Shown: positions 9,203 to 17,286 of the stretch, piece after piece | Layout of the letters: the number at the start of each line of letters is the position of its first letter | Numbering within the stretch: position 1 is the first letter of the stretch | From: Bacillota bacterium | GTDB taxonomy: Bacteria; Bacillota; SHA-98; UBA4971 | Direction: 5' to 3' | NCBI GenBank assembly: GCA_012689375.1 | Contig: JAAZLO010000088.1 | Location: forward strand, 1,731-65,730 | Length of the DNA: 64,000 nucleotides | Position numbers and translations under genes: made by a program | The notes under the pieces: model-generated | Databases searched by the model: none | Seen by the model: only the letters and a program-made list of their open reading frames with translations | What the model was told of the DNA's origin: nothing

Positions 9203-10225
9203 CTACTTCGTCACTCTTGCTATTTCCCTGTCTAGTAGTTCAAGGAGTTCAGCACCAAATTGACCGACCAATTTGATATATCTTTCTCTTACCGGTTCCA
9301 GGACTTCCTTAAAAGCAGCGCTTTCTTCAGGTGTTAATCTTATTACTTCGGTTCCATAATCCATAATTTCCCGAAGCCTTTCTTTATCCAGCCGTTGGGT
9401 TTCCTCAAAACAATGTCTTCTTGCTTCAGAGTCTGCTTCAATAATTATCTCACGGATATCCTCAGGTAAATTACTAAACCAGTGCGGATTGGCAACCATT
9501 ACTTCCTCAAATGCACTATGGTTACTTAATGTTATATATTTTTGGACTTCATAGAATTTCATATCGGCAATGGCCCATATAGGATTTTCATGGCCGTCTA
9601 CTGTACCGAGTTGTAGTGCGGTATATACTTCTTCATAGGGTACCGTTGTAGCGGATGCCCCTAAAATCTTGAAAGATTCAACTATCAGGGGTGAAGGCAT
9701 TGCTCTCATTTTTAGGCCCCTAAAATCAGCAGGGCTCCTAAGAGGTTTTTGTGCAGTGTAGTGTTTGTAACCGACGTTCCAAAAACCTATCCCGGTGAGG
9801 CCGACTTTTTCTAAAACAGAAGCCAGTTTTTCTCCTGCGGGTCCATTCATTATTTTCTGTGAGAGCTCTGGATCAGCAGGGAAAAGGAATGGAATATCAA
9901 GTATCTGAAGCTCTTGGCAGAGCCCCCCGATATGCCCCACCGGCAGAATTGACATTTCTAATGCACCGGCCTGAGTCATTTCGCCCATTTCAGGTCCTGA
10001 TCCTAATTCTGAGTGTGGGAATACATGTACTTCGACCCGACCGCCACTGCGTTCTTCCACAAGGGATTTAAATTTTAAGGCCCCTTGATGCAGCCCTGAT
10101 ACGGCAGGTTCAACATGCCCTAATTTGATAGAGATTTTTTCTTGTTTTTTGGCGTATCCGATGGAGCCGAAGGCTAAACTGAACAACATCACAACTAGTA
10201 ACATGGCAAAAAATGTTCTTTTCAT
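9203..10225 (-). CDS. dctP: TRAP transporter substrate-binding protein (DctP family)
   Basis: Signal peptide followed by a DctP-like body (KLGHVEPAVSGLHQGALKF... FYEVQKY). Confidence 0.88.
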   Translation of the reverse strand: MKRTFFAMLLVVMLFSLAFGSIGYAKKQEKISIKLGHVEPAVSGLHQGALKFKSLVEERSGGRVEVHVFPHSELGSGPEMGEMTQAGALEMSILPVGHIGGLCQELQILDIPFLFPADPELSQKIMNGPAGEKLASVLEKVGLTGIGFWNVGYKHYTAQKPLRSPADFRGLKMRAMPSPLIVESFKILGASATTVPYEEVYTALQLGTVDGHENPIWAIADMKFYEVQKYITLSNHSAFEEVMVANPHWFSNLPEDIREIIIEADSEARRHCFEETQRLDKERLREIMDYGTEVIRLTPEESAAFKEVLEPVRERYIKLVGQFGAELLELLDREIARVTK

Positions 10226-10399
10226 TGGTTTCCCTCCAGTTTGTTTATAGATAGCATAAACATGTCATATAACTACTAACTACCATCCAAACCGTACTTT
10301 GCTTACTAGTGTAGGTTCCCGTCTTCAGACACTACGCCTTTTCGTTAGCCCCCTTTCATCTTTCACTGCTTTTTTATTTTGTTATTGTTATAATAAACT

Positions 10400-10441
10400 C
10401 CCGTAAGCCTAGGTAACTGATAAATTGACCCGGCTTACGGG
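10400..10441 (-). terminator. Terminator-like hairpin after the flavoprotein gene
   Basis: 10-bp stem CCCGTAAGCC/GGCTTACGGG. On the minus strand it is followed by AGTTTATTATAACAATAAC. Confidence 0.55.
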
Positions 10442-10461
10442 ATTGTTATGCATATAGTTTT

Positions 10462-12273
10462 TTATTCGTCTTCTTTTGTTGATAAACCACCTTTTTGGGC
10501 CCATTCCCATTCAGGTACCATATAAGGGATCTTCTGTTTTTCCGGTAAATCTACTCTGGAAGTTTTAATATCCCTCGTTTCAAGGGCTACTTTGTCATCT
10601 TTGTAGGTGGCAATAATGTTTTTCAGCCAATTTTCATTATCTGTGTATGGGAAGTCACTTCTGTACATTGCTCCCCTGCTCTCCTCTCTCATAAGGGAAG
10701 CACGGGCAACAACTTCGAGAGTTTTAATCATGGCATCGGCTTCAAGGCATTGGAACCATTCACGATTATAAATTTTACCCTTGGCACTGCAGGATAAGTT
10801 GGGGATATCATTCTTCTTAATTTTTTCTATATTCTCGAGCAGGATCTTGAGACCTTCCTCTTCCCGTACTGGCCCGGCATATTTCATAGCCATTTCTTGG
10901 ATTTTCCTTCTGACCTCAACTACGTTTGCCCCATTGTTTCGGTTAAGCGGGGCATGAAGATTTTCGTAGTAATACTTAACCTGCTCTTTATCAATATCCG
11001 GTTGTTTCATATCTTTGACATACTTGGCTGCACTGCCTCCGGCTACTGCACCGAAAACAACGGCTTCGGTTACAGCGTTCCCTGACAGCCGGTTAGCACC
11101 CATTGTACCGCCCTGGACTTCACCTGCTGCATAGAGCCCGGGGACATTGGTTTCACCTGATTTATTAACCCTTATTCCCCCGTTCCAATAGTGTGCTGCC
11201 GGTGCGGCTTCGTAACTTACTTCTCTTGGATCCATATTATAATCACTTAGTTTGAAACCGCCATACATGTAATTAGCCCACCAGGGGTTCCATTTAGCTG
11301 ACCAATCTAGAAGTTCATCAGGAAGGTGTTTGTAGGATACAAATATACCTCCGTGCGGTCCGCCTCTGCCTTCCAATATCTCAATCATTTGGGCAACTGA
11401 AGCAATATCCCGTGTTGTTCCATGTTCCATTCTCTTAGGATCCCATTTACTGATAAACCGCTCACCATATTTGTTGAGCCACCATCCACCCAGTACCGTT
11501 GAACTAATATATGACAAGTCGACCCCCAGCATACTCTTAGGCCAGACAAGACATGCAGGAAGGAATAAGGGGAATTCCATATCAACTAATTCCGCCCCTG
11601 CTTTGAAAGCCATAATCATTCCTTCGCCTGTCAGTTCTTCAGGTGCTGTTGTTCTAGGATAAATACGCATTGCTCCTCCTGTTGCCAGAACAACGGCTTT
11701 TGCCTTAAATACAAGGAAGTCTCCGGTAGATATGTCAATTCCGACTGCCCCTACTGCCTTGCCGTCCTTAGTCAGGAGATTGGTTATCATAGTGTTTTCG
11801 GCAAAATCAATTTTATGCCGTTTTACTTCTCTTTTCAGAGCTGTCATCATTGAACGTCCGGTTGAAATTAAGCCTCTCGGAAAGCGATGCCCGGGGCTTT
11901 GGATTAACCCGTCAAGCCTCATGCCCCAATCTACTAGTTCCTTTACGTATTTTGCTGCATTAGAGCAATGGGTCCAGACTACCTCTTCATTGTTCATGTA
12001 CTTTCCTTCCATGAACATATCCCGCATCATGTTTAATTCATCGTCTTCGGGATTTCCTCCGTCCATGCCAAATACTTCTTTTGCAGCTTTACTCGGAACA
12101 TCAATATCCATATCTGCAGTGAGAGTTGCACCACATTTAGTGAAGACGCCTTTAGTTGCTACTAAGACTTTCATATTGTTTTTAGCGACTTCTATTGCGG
12201 CTCTGGCACCTGCCCCTTCGCTCCCAATTACCAGAACATCTGTTTCTAATACATTCTTATATGTGTCTGTCAT
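10462..12273 (-). CDS. FAD-dependent oxidoreductase, succinate dehydrogenase/fumarate reductase flavoprotein-like (AprA/SdhA superfamily)
   Basis: Dinucleotide fold DVLVIGSEGAGARAA, an AAHYWNGGIRVN (HYxxGG-type) motif and GLYAAGEV. The start was set at ATG 12273 because GGAGGG lies 7 nt upstream; the ORF track starts at 12294. Confidence 0.85.
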   Translation of the reverse strand: MTDTYKNVLETDVLVIGSEGAGARAAIEVAKNNMKVLVATKGVFTKCGATLTADMDIDVPSKAAKEVFGMDGGNPEDDELNMMRDMFMEGKYMNNEEVVWTHCSNAAKYVKELVDWGMRLDGLIQSPGHRFPRGLISTGRSMMTALKREVKRHKIDFAENTMITNLLTKDGKAVGAVGIDISTGDFLVFKAKAVVLATGGAMRIYPRTTAPEELTGEGMIMAFKAGAELVDMEFPLFLPACLVWPKSMLGVDLSYISSTVLGGWWLNKYGERFISKWDPKRMEHGTTRDIASVAQMIEILEGRGGPHGGIFVSYKHLPDELLDWSAKWNPWWANYMYGGFKLSDYNMDPREVSYEAAPAAHYWNGGIRVNKSGETNVPGLYAAGEVQGGTMGANRLSGNAVTEAVVFGAVAGGSAAKYVKDMKQPDIDKEQVKYYYENLHAPLNRNNGANVVEVRRKIQEMAMKYAGPVREEEGLKILLENIEKIKKNDIPNLSCSAKGKIYNREWFQCLEADAMIKTLEVVARASLMREESRGAMYRSDFPYTDNENWLKNIIATYKDDKVALETRDIKTSRVDLPEKQKIPYMVPEWEWAQKGGLSTKEDE

Positions 12274-12353
12274 GGTCTCTCCCTCCATTTCCAATTTATG
12301 AGCCTGACCCTAAATACTCCAAATTAATGACTACTGATTAAATTATATAGGCT

Positions 12354-12680
12354 TTAGTTTTCGCGAAAATCAACAACAACGTCTTTTATTAATTTGTGCT
12401 TCTTATGTGGCCCTATTGTCATGCCATCTTTGAGTAATGTAGTACATGCCAAAACCGGCTTTCCGTCTACATCGACGAAGCACCCAAGACATTTCCCTAT
12501 TCGGCACGAATAATAAAAGGAAAGAGATCTGTCAATATGCTCGTAAATATAATCCAGTGCCGTAAGGACCGTCATTCCCGCCTCGTAGGGTATATTGTAT
12601 TCCTCATAGTGTCCGGTATCTTCTCCGTTCTCCGGGGTACATCGAAATACCCGGACTTTGACTGATTCCTTGTTCTTCAT
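12354..12680 (-). CDS. Stand-alone 2Fe-2S ferredoxin-like subunit (equivalent to the SdhB/FrdB N-terminal domain only)
   Basis: Cys pattern SCRIGKCLGCFVDVDGKPVLAC, 108 aa, GGGAGGAA RBS. Confidence 0.8.
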   Translation of the reverse strand: MKNKESVKVRVFRCTPENGEDTGHYEEYNIPYEAGMTVLTALDYIYEHIDRSLSFYYSCRIGKCLGCFVDVDGKPVLACTTLLKDGMTIGPHKKHKLIKDVVVDFREN

Positions 12681-12937
12681 GTCCTATTCCTCCCGTCTTA
12701 AATTTTTGCTTACCTTAGGGAAAGTGGATTGTATTAGGGTCCTTGCTTCCTCTCCCAATTGCCTCTTAAATTAACATTACCGGTATCCCAGGGTCAGAAA
12801 ACAACAGATTATGGGATAAGATGCTAAGTGAGTATACCTAAAGAGGCCCGGCTTTGCCTATCACCGTATTCCCTATATTCTTTGTTTATTCCGGTATTCC
12901 TTCTTGTTTTAACTGATAAATCCTAAGATTGTTGTCA

Positions 12938-13016
12938 GTGATAGAGGGACAGGGTTATTGTCATACAATATCAAAGCAATACCAATAGTATGACAATAAC
13001 CCTGTCCCTCTATCAC
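12938..13016. repeat. Perfect 28-bp inverted repeat with a 23-nt loop
   Basis: Left arm 12938-12965 is GTGATAGAGGGACAGGGTTATTGTCATA. Right arm 12989-13016 is its exact reverse complement. There is no U-tract on either side. Confidence 0.95.
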
Positions 13017-13026
13017 ACTCCCATAA

Positions 13027-13728
13027 TTAAACCATTATATGCTCCCCGGGCTTTAACACTTTAACTTCAACAAAGGGAGCTTTTTCTTTTGCTTCAGCAA
13101 CAAACTTATCAGCGCTTTGTTCTAATATGGGGAAGGTCTTGTAATGCATAGGAATGGCAATTCTGGGTTTTAAAAGCTTCAGGGATGTTGCAGCCTGTAA
13201 TGAATCCATAACGAAAACACTGCCAATAGGTAGAAGCGCAACATTAATATTATAAAGTTCACCAAACAATTCCATAGATGAGAAAATCCCGGTATCCCCG
13301 GCATGATAAATTACTTTCCCGTCCTCCAGAGTGACTATGAACCCACAAGGTGAACCAACACCTGATGAATGAGTGGCTTGAGTCATGGTAACTTTAATTT
13401 CCTTTATTTCTACTGTACCACCTATATTCATACCTGAACCGTGGTTTACAATTTTTTCTTCAGGTACCCCCTCTTTCCTTACCTTTTCAATAACTTCAGG
13501 TTGGGTCAGTAAGATCCCCTGCCCCTTTTCTAAAAGAACCGGAATATCAATTCCATAATGGTCTTGATGATCGTGGGTAATTAATACTAAATCAGGTGTA
13601 GCGAGATCCTCCACTTTTAAAGGGCATGCCGGGTTACCTGAGATCCAGGGATCAATTAGTATTTTTCTACCCTTGGCACTTGTAATTTCAAAGGCAGCGT
13701 GCCCCAACCATCTAATTTGGTTTTTCAT
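13027..13728 (-). CDS. Metallo-beta-lactamase-fold hydrolase (UPF0173-like)
   Basis: LITHDHQDH motif, 233 aa, GGAGG RBS. Confidence 0.85.
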   Translation of the reverse strand: MKNQIRWLGHAAFEITSAKGRKILIDPWISGNPACPLKVEDLATPDLVLITHDHQDHYGIDIPVLLEKGQGILLTQPEVIEKVRKEGVPEEKIVNHGSGMNIGGTVEIKEIKVTMTQATHSSGVGSPCGFIVTLEDGKVIYHAGDTGIFSSMELFGELYNINVALLPIGSVFVMDSLQAATSLKLLKPRIAIPMHYKTFPILEQSADKFVAEAKEKAPFVEVKVLKPGEHIMV

Positions 13729-13895
13729 TGGGAAACCTCCTTTGTCTCTACTTTTAATACCTTCCGCACAACAGATACTTGAATATTTAATTTAGTGATG
13801 ATGCATTCGGATTCCTGCTTTTAGCGGGTACAACATTAGGCATGGGGATAAAACCAGACAATCAAAAAGAACACTTGATAAAATACGAGGGCTCC

Positions 13896-13924
13896 TTGAC
13901 AAAATGGCGTAACACCGATAAAAT
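13896..13924 (+). promoter_or_regulatory. Sigma-A-type promoter for tRNA-Trp (TTGACA-17 nt-TAAAAT)
   Basis: The -35 is at 13896-13901 and the -10 at 13919-13924, about 35 nt upstream of the tRNA 5' end. Confidence 0.6.
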
Positions 13925-13959
13925 AACAGTGTGCAAAAATTATATTTACCTGCTTATGC

Positions 13960-14035
13960 AGGGGAGTAGCTCAATTGGCAGAGCAACGGTCTCCAAAACC
14001 GTAGGCTGCGGGTTCAAATCCTGTCTCCCCTGCCA
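13960..14035 (+). tRNA. trnW: tRNA-Trp (anticodon CCA), CCA end encoded
   Basis: Manual cloverleaf. Acceptor stem AGGGGAG/CTCCCCT, D arm GCTC-AATTGGCA-GAGC, anticodon arm ACGGT-CTCCAAA-ACCGT, T arm GCGGG-TTCAAAT-CCTGT, discriminator G, then CCA. Confidence 0.9.
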
Positions 14036-14191
14036 TTTATTATCTTCCTGTATAATTTATTTAATTAAACAATAACTTTGCCGGCCATTCTCGTTGCTGC
14101 TCCTATGATCAGGCTTCCCGGATCGGTTTCTTTGATACAAACGCGATTCTTTATAATACTAATAGCCTCTAAAGAAAAGGGCCATATACCA

Positions 14192-14228
14192 GCAAAATGA
14201 AAAGGGTGGATTTATAATTACCCACCCT
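14192..14228 (-). terminator. Rho-independent terminator after the NSS transporter gene
   Basis: On the minus strand, AGGGTGG-loop-CCACCCT is followed by TTTCATTTT. Confidence 0.65.
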
Positions 14229-14270
14229 GGCATGTTCTTACTTATATTTTATATAACACAAAGCGAAATT

Positions 14271-15686
14271 CTATAGTTTCCTCGAAAAAACCCCGAGCAA
14301 CACGATAACAAGCAACCCGAAAAGCATCAGACTTTTTTGTTCTATAGCGGCGATTCCCGCGATTGCAACCACAGCAATTACAACTGGAATGACGTATTTC
14401 ACTATATTGTACCATACCCCAAAAAGTCCAAAGGGTAAAGTGCCGTTGTTTGTTATTTCGTTTTTGAGGTCCTCTTTTCTCATAAACCAACCGACAAATA
14501 TTGTCAGTAACATTCCGCCGATGGCGAGGAATATCTTATCTGTGAGAATATCGAAGAAATCAAAGAAGTTAACTCCGAATAATTTAATTCCGGACAATGA
14601 TCCCATTGAAAGGGACGAAAGAATGCACATTACAGTCATAATTCCGGCACTGAGATATGTGGCGGTTTTTCTATTCATTTTCTTTTCATCAATTAGGTAC
14701 GAAACAGCCACCTCAAGCAGAGACATTGATGAAGTCAATGCTGCAACTGTCAAAGCTGCAAAAAAGGTGATTGAGATTAAAGGACCTACATTACCCATAT
14801 GAGCAAAAATAGCAGGCACTACGACAAACACAAGGCCCGGACCTGCAGTCGGCTCCATTCCGAAGGCAAACAATGCCGGAAATATTGCTAAGCCCGCCAT
14901 TATAGCAACCATCGTATCCATTGCTACCACACTGGTGGCATCTGCCGGAATCCTCTCCTGTTTCCCCAGGTAGCTCCCGTAGGTAATCATGCACCCCATA
15001 CCCAGACTAAGAGTAAAAAAAGATTGCCCTAAAGCGGCAAGAACCGTCCCGCCTGTTACCTGCGACCAATCAGGCTTAAAAAGGTATGCCAAACCTTCAC
15101 TTGCCCCGGGGAGATTAATGCCTTTAATAATGACTATGACAAGAAGTGCAAACAATGCAGGCATCAGCACTTTACTGGCTTTTTCAATACCACCGGATAT
15201 ACCCTTTGCGACTATTATCACGTTAATTACCATATAGATAATTGTCCATATTAGAGGTTCAATAGTGGCACCGGCAAAAGCATCGAAAGCACTGCTGATT
15301 GCCTCCGGAGCAGCAAGGAGCCCGGTGGCGGATTTAAATACATAAGCTAAGGACCATCCCCCGACTACCGGATAGAATCCCATTATAAAGAAGGCACTGA
15401 GGACTCCCAAGGCCCCAGCAAACGTCCAGTTTTCGTTTTGTGATTTATAGGCACCCACTGCTGAAAGGGAGGTCCTTCTGCCCACAGCGAATTCAGCTAT
15501 CATTATACTAAGTCCTATGGCAATGATACATAGTAAATATATTATGATGAATGCGCTACCGCCATTCTCGCCGGTTATGTAGGGGAACCTCCAGATATTT
15601 CCCAGACCGACGGCAGAACCGGTTGCCGCCATTAAAAAACCGAATCGTGTTCCCCAGTTTTCTCTTTGCGCCTTGTTTGTTTGCAT
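14271..15686 (-). CDS. Sodium-dependent transporter, neurotransmitter:sodium symporter (NSS/SNF) family
   Basis: N-terminal RENWGTRFGFLMAATGSAVGLGNIWRFPY is the NSS signature. Confidence 0.92.
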   Translation of the reverse strand: MQTNKAQRENWGTRFGFLMAATGSAVGLGNIWRFPYITGENGGSAFIIIYLLCIIAIGLSIMIAEFAVGRRTSLSAVGAYKSQNENWTFAGALGVLSAFFIMGFYPVVGGWSLAYVFKSATGLLAAPEAISSAFDAFAGATIEPLIWTIIYMVINVIIVAKGISGGIEKASKVLMPALFALLVIVIIKGINLPGASEGLAYLFKPDWSQVTGGTVLAALGQSFFTLSLGMGCMITYGSYLGKQERIPADATSVVAMDTMVAIMAGLAIFPALFAFGMEPTAGPGLVFVVVPAIFAHMGNVGPLISITFFAALTVAALTSSMSLLEVAVSYLIDEKKMNRKTATYLSAGIMTVMCILSSLSMGSLSGIKLFGVNFFDFFDILTDKIFLAIGGMLLTIFVGWFMRKEDLKNEITNNGTLPFGLFGVWYNIVKYVIPVVIAVVAIAGIAAIEQKSLMLFGLLVIVLLGVFSRKL

Positions 15687-15839
15687 TTAGACAATCCCCG
15701 CTTTCAATTAGATGATAACCAGATAATAATGAACAATAAAAAAGATAGGCACAAGCCTTTCCCCTGTATATTATATATATCAAAGGTGGAAAATGTCCAG
15801 TGGCAAAATTGTTGCATCCTTAAAATTACGCCGGTATTC

Positions 15840-17216
15840 CTAGAAACTCCATTGATAGTGCTTTCCTTCCGTTTCAGAAAGATATATCGGGGTCACTGCT
15901 TCCTTCATTTTGCTGGCACGAAATCCTATACGATCTAGTCCTGATTGGATAAAGTTATTGGAGGTCAGGTATTTCCATACAAAGCCTGTGCGGTAGTTCT
16001 CTATCATAAGCACGGCCATTCCCTCGTCAATCCCATAGTGTGTTCCGGAATGCCAAGTCCCATTCCATGTATAACCTGAAGTAAAGCCGTATTCACCCCA
16101 CAAGTCCCCGCCATGTTCCATAAGAATGGCTCTGATTGCCTGTATTGATTTATCAGGTATAAATGGTATGCAGCTGATAGGTGCATATGGAGTAAACGTA
16201 TCATCATGATTGCCGGCTGATGCACCATAAACCCGGTATCCATTAACGCCTTCGCATTTACTGAGCCCCCAAATATCCGGGTTACGTACCTTTGATTCAT
16301 TATGGTTTAGAATGGAATAGATTCGGTTATATCTTGCAGCAATCAGTACGTTATTCCAATAATTAGCATAGTAATCTTCTTTTCCCCTGAGGTTTAGCCA
16401 TACATGGGGGAGTACATAGGAACTGAAGTCTTCTTTTGGTACTGAAATATAGTTTTCTCTCACGGGCCTTCGGATTTCATCCCATATTTGTGCAGGAAGT
16501 GGATAAGTCGGGGATCCCAACGCCAGAACATACATTAACAGGCTTTCATCAAAGGAATCCCACCGTTCTGTTGAAAAACCTGATTCAGGCGTCCAATTTT
16601 TAGCTAAAGTCGTTTTTCCGTCCCCCATCCATTGCCAGTCCACGGAAGTATATAATTTATTTGCAAGATTACGGATAACAGTGCCTGGAAAAAACTCTCC
16701 TACAAACAGGATTCCCGACATGAGAATGCATGTATCCATTGATGATATTGTACTTTTCTTAAATCTTTTGCAGCTTTTCATGTCGAGTAATTCATAAAAG
16801 AATCCATGTTTCCGCTGAACATTATCTGAGGCAAGGGTCCTTAACGTTGTGAGTACTCTGTTATATCCTTCCTCCCTGCTTATCCATCCCCGTTCCATCC
16901 CTACAGGGATCGCAGTGAGCCCAAAGCCTACAACTGCCACACTACAAGGTGAATCCGCAGTATTGTTATAAGGGATAAGGCCGGTGTCGGGGTTTGCTTC
17001 ATTCCAAAAATAATTAAAAGCTTTCTTGGAAATTATGTTAAGGAATTCATCGTCGTCTGATAAAAGAACTCTAGGTGCTTTGCTATCCAGGGCGGGAATC
17101 ATATGCTTTAGGTTTGCCAAGACTATCGGTGTAAACAGGGTAAGGTTGACGATTATGAATACCATCGTGAAAATCCTAAGAAACCAAGACAAGATATTTA
17201 CTCTTGTCTTACGCAT
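15840..17216 (-). CDS. Membrane-anchored glucoamylase-like / beta-1,2-glucanase-like (alpha/alpha)6-barrel protein
   Basis: N-terminal TM helix, then FNYFWNEANPDTGLIPYNNT...AVVGFGLTA, which I recognise as the putative-glucoamylase (DUF3131/GH144-like) family. The family assignment rests on memory only. Confidence 0.5.
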   Translation of the reverse strand: MRKTRVNILSWFLRIFTMVFIIVNLTLFTPIVLANLKHMIPALDSKAPRVLLSDDDEFLNIISKKAFNYFWNEANPDTGLIPYNNTADSPCSVAVVGFGLTAIPVGMERGWISREEGYNRVLTTLRTLASDNVQRKHGFFYELLDMKSCKRFKKSTISSMDTCILMSGILFVGEFFPGTVIRNLANKLYTSVDWQWMGDGKTTLAKNWTPESGFSTERWDSFDESLLMYVLALGSPTYPLPAQIWDEIRRPVRENYISVPKEDFSSYVLPHVWLNLRGKEDYYANYWNNVLIAARYNRIYSILNHNESKVRNPDIWGLSKCEGVNGYRVYGASAGNHDDTFTPYAPISCIPFIPDKSIQAIRAILMEHGGDLWGEYGFTSGYTWNGTWHSGTHYGIDEGMAVLMIENYRTGFVWKYLTSNNFIQSGLDRIGFRASKMKEAVTPIYLSETEGKHYQWSF

Positions 17217-17286
17217 ATCTTTGACCTCCCGGGTAAATCAGCCGTTGAATACTAATAGTATGCCCCGCGGGGAAATTAAATAAGAC

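Noticed and set aside
13960-14035. tRNA-Trp as the attachment site of an integrated genomic island covering 2-13.7 kb.
   Set aside because: I found no integrase, no direct repeat of the tRNA 3' end and no mobility genes. It is kept only as a low-interest note.
13842-14075. A 77-aa plus-strand ORF overlapping the tRNA-Trp gene.
   Set aside because: The sequence folds into a complete canonical tRNA cloverleaf with a consensus promoter. The ORF is a by-product of that sequence.
14242-14490. Small in-gene minus-strand ORFs within the NSS transporter gene (14242-14490, 14791-14994, 15556-15783).
   Set aside because: They are alternative frames of a well-supported 471-aa transporter gene. Their translations are Cys/Arg-rich nonsense.
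15687-15839. Riboswitch or T-box leader upstream of the NSS amino-acid-type transporter.
   Set aside because: I could not recognise any conserved riboswitch core, T-box sequence or specifier/antiterminator arrangement. Only a weak 4-bp hairpin followed by a T-run is present.
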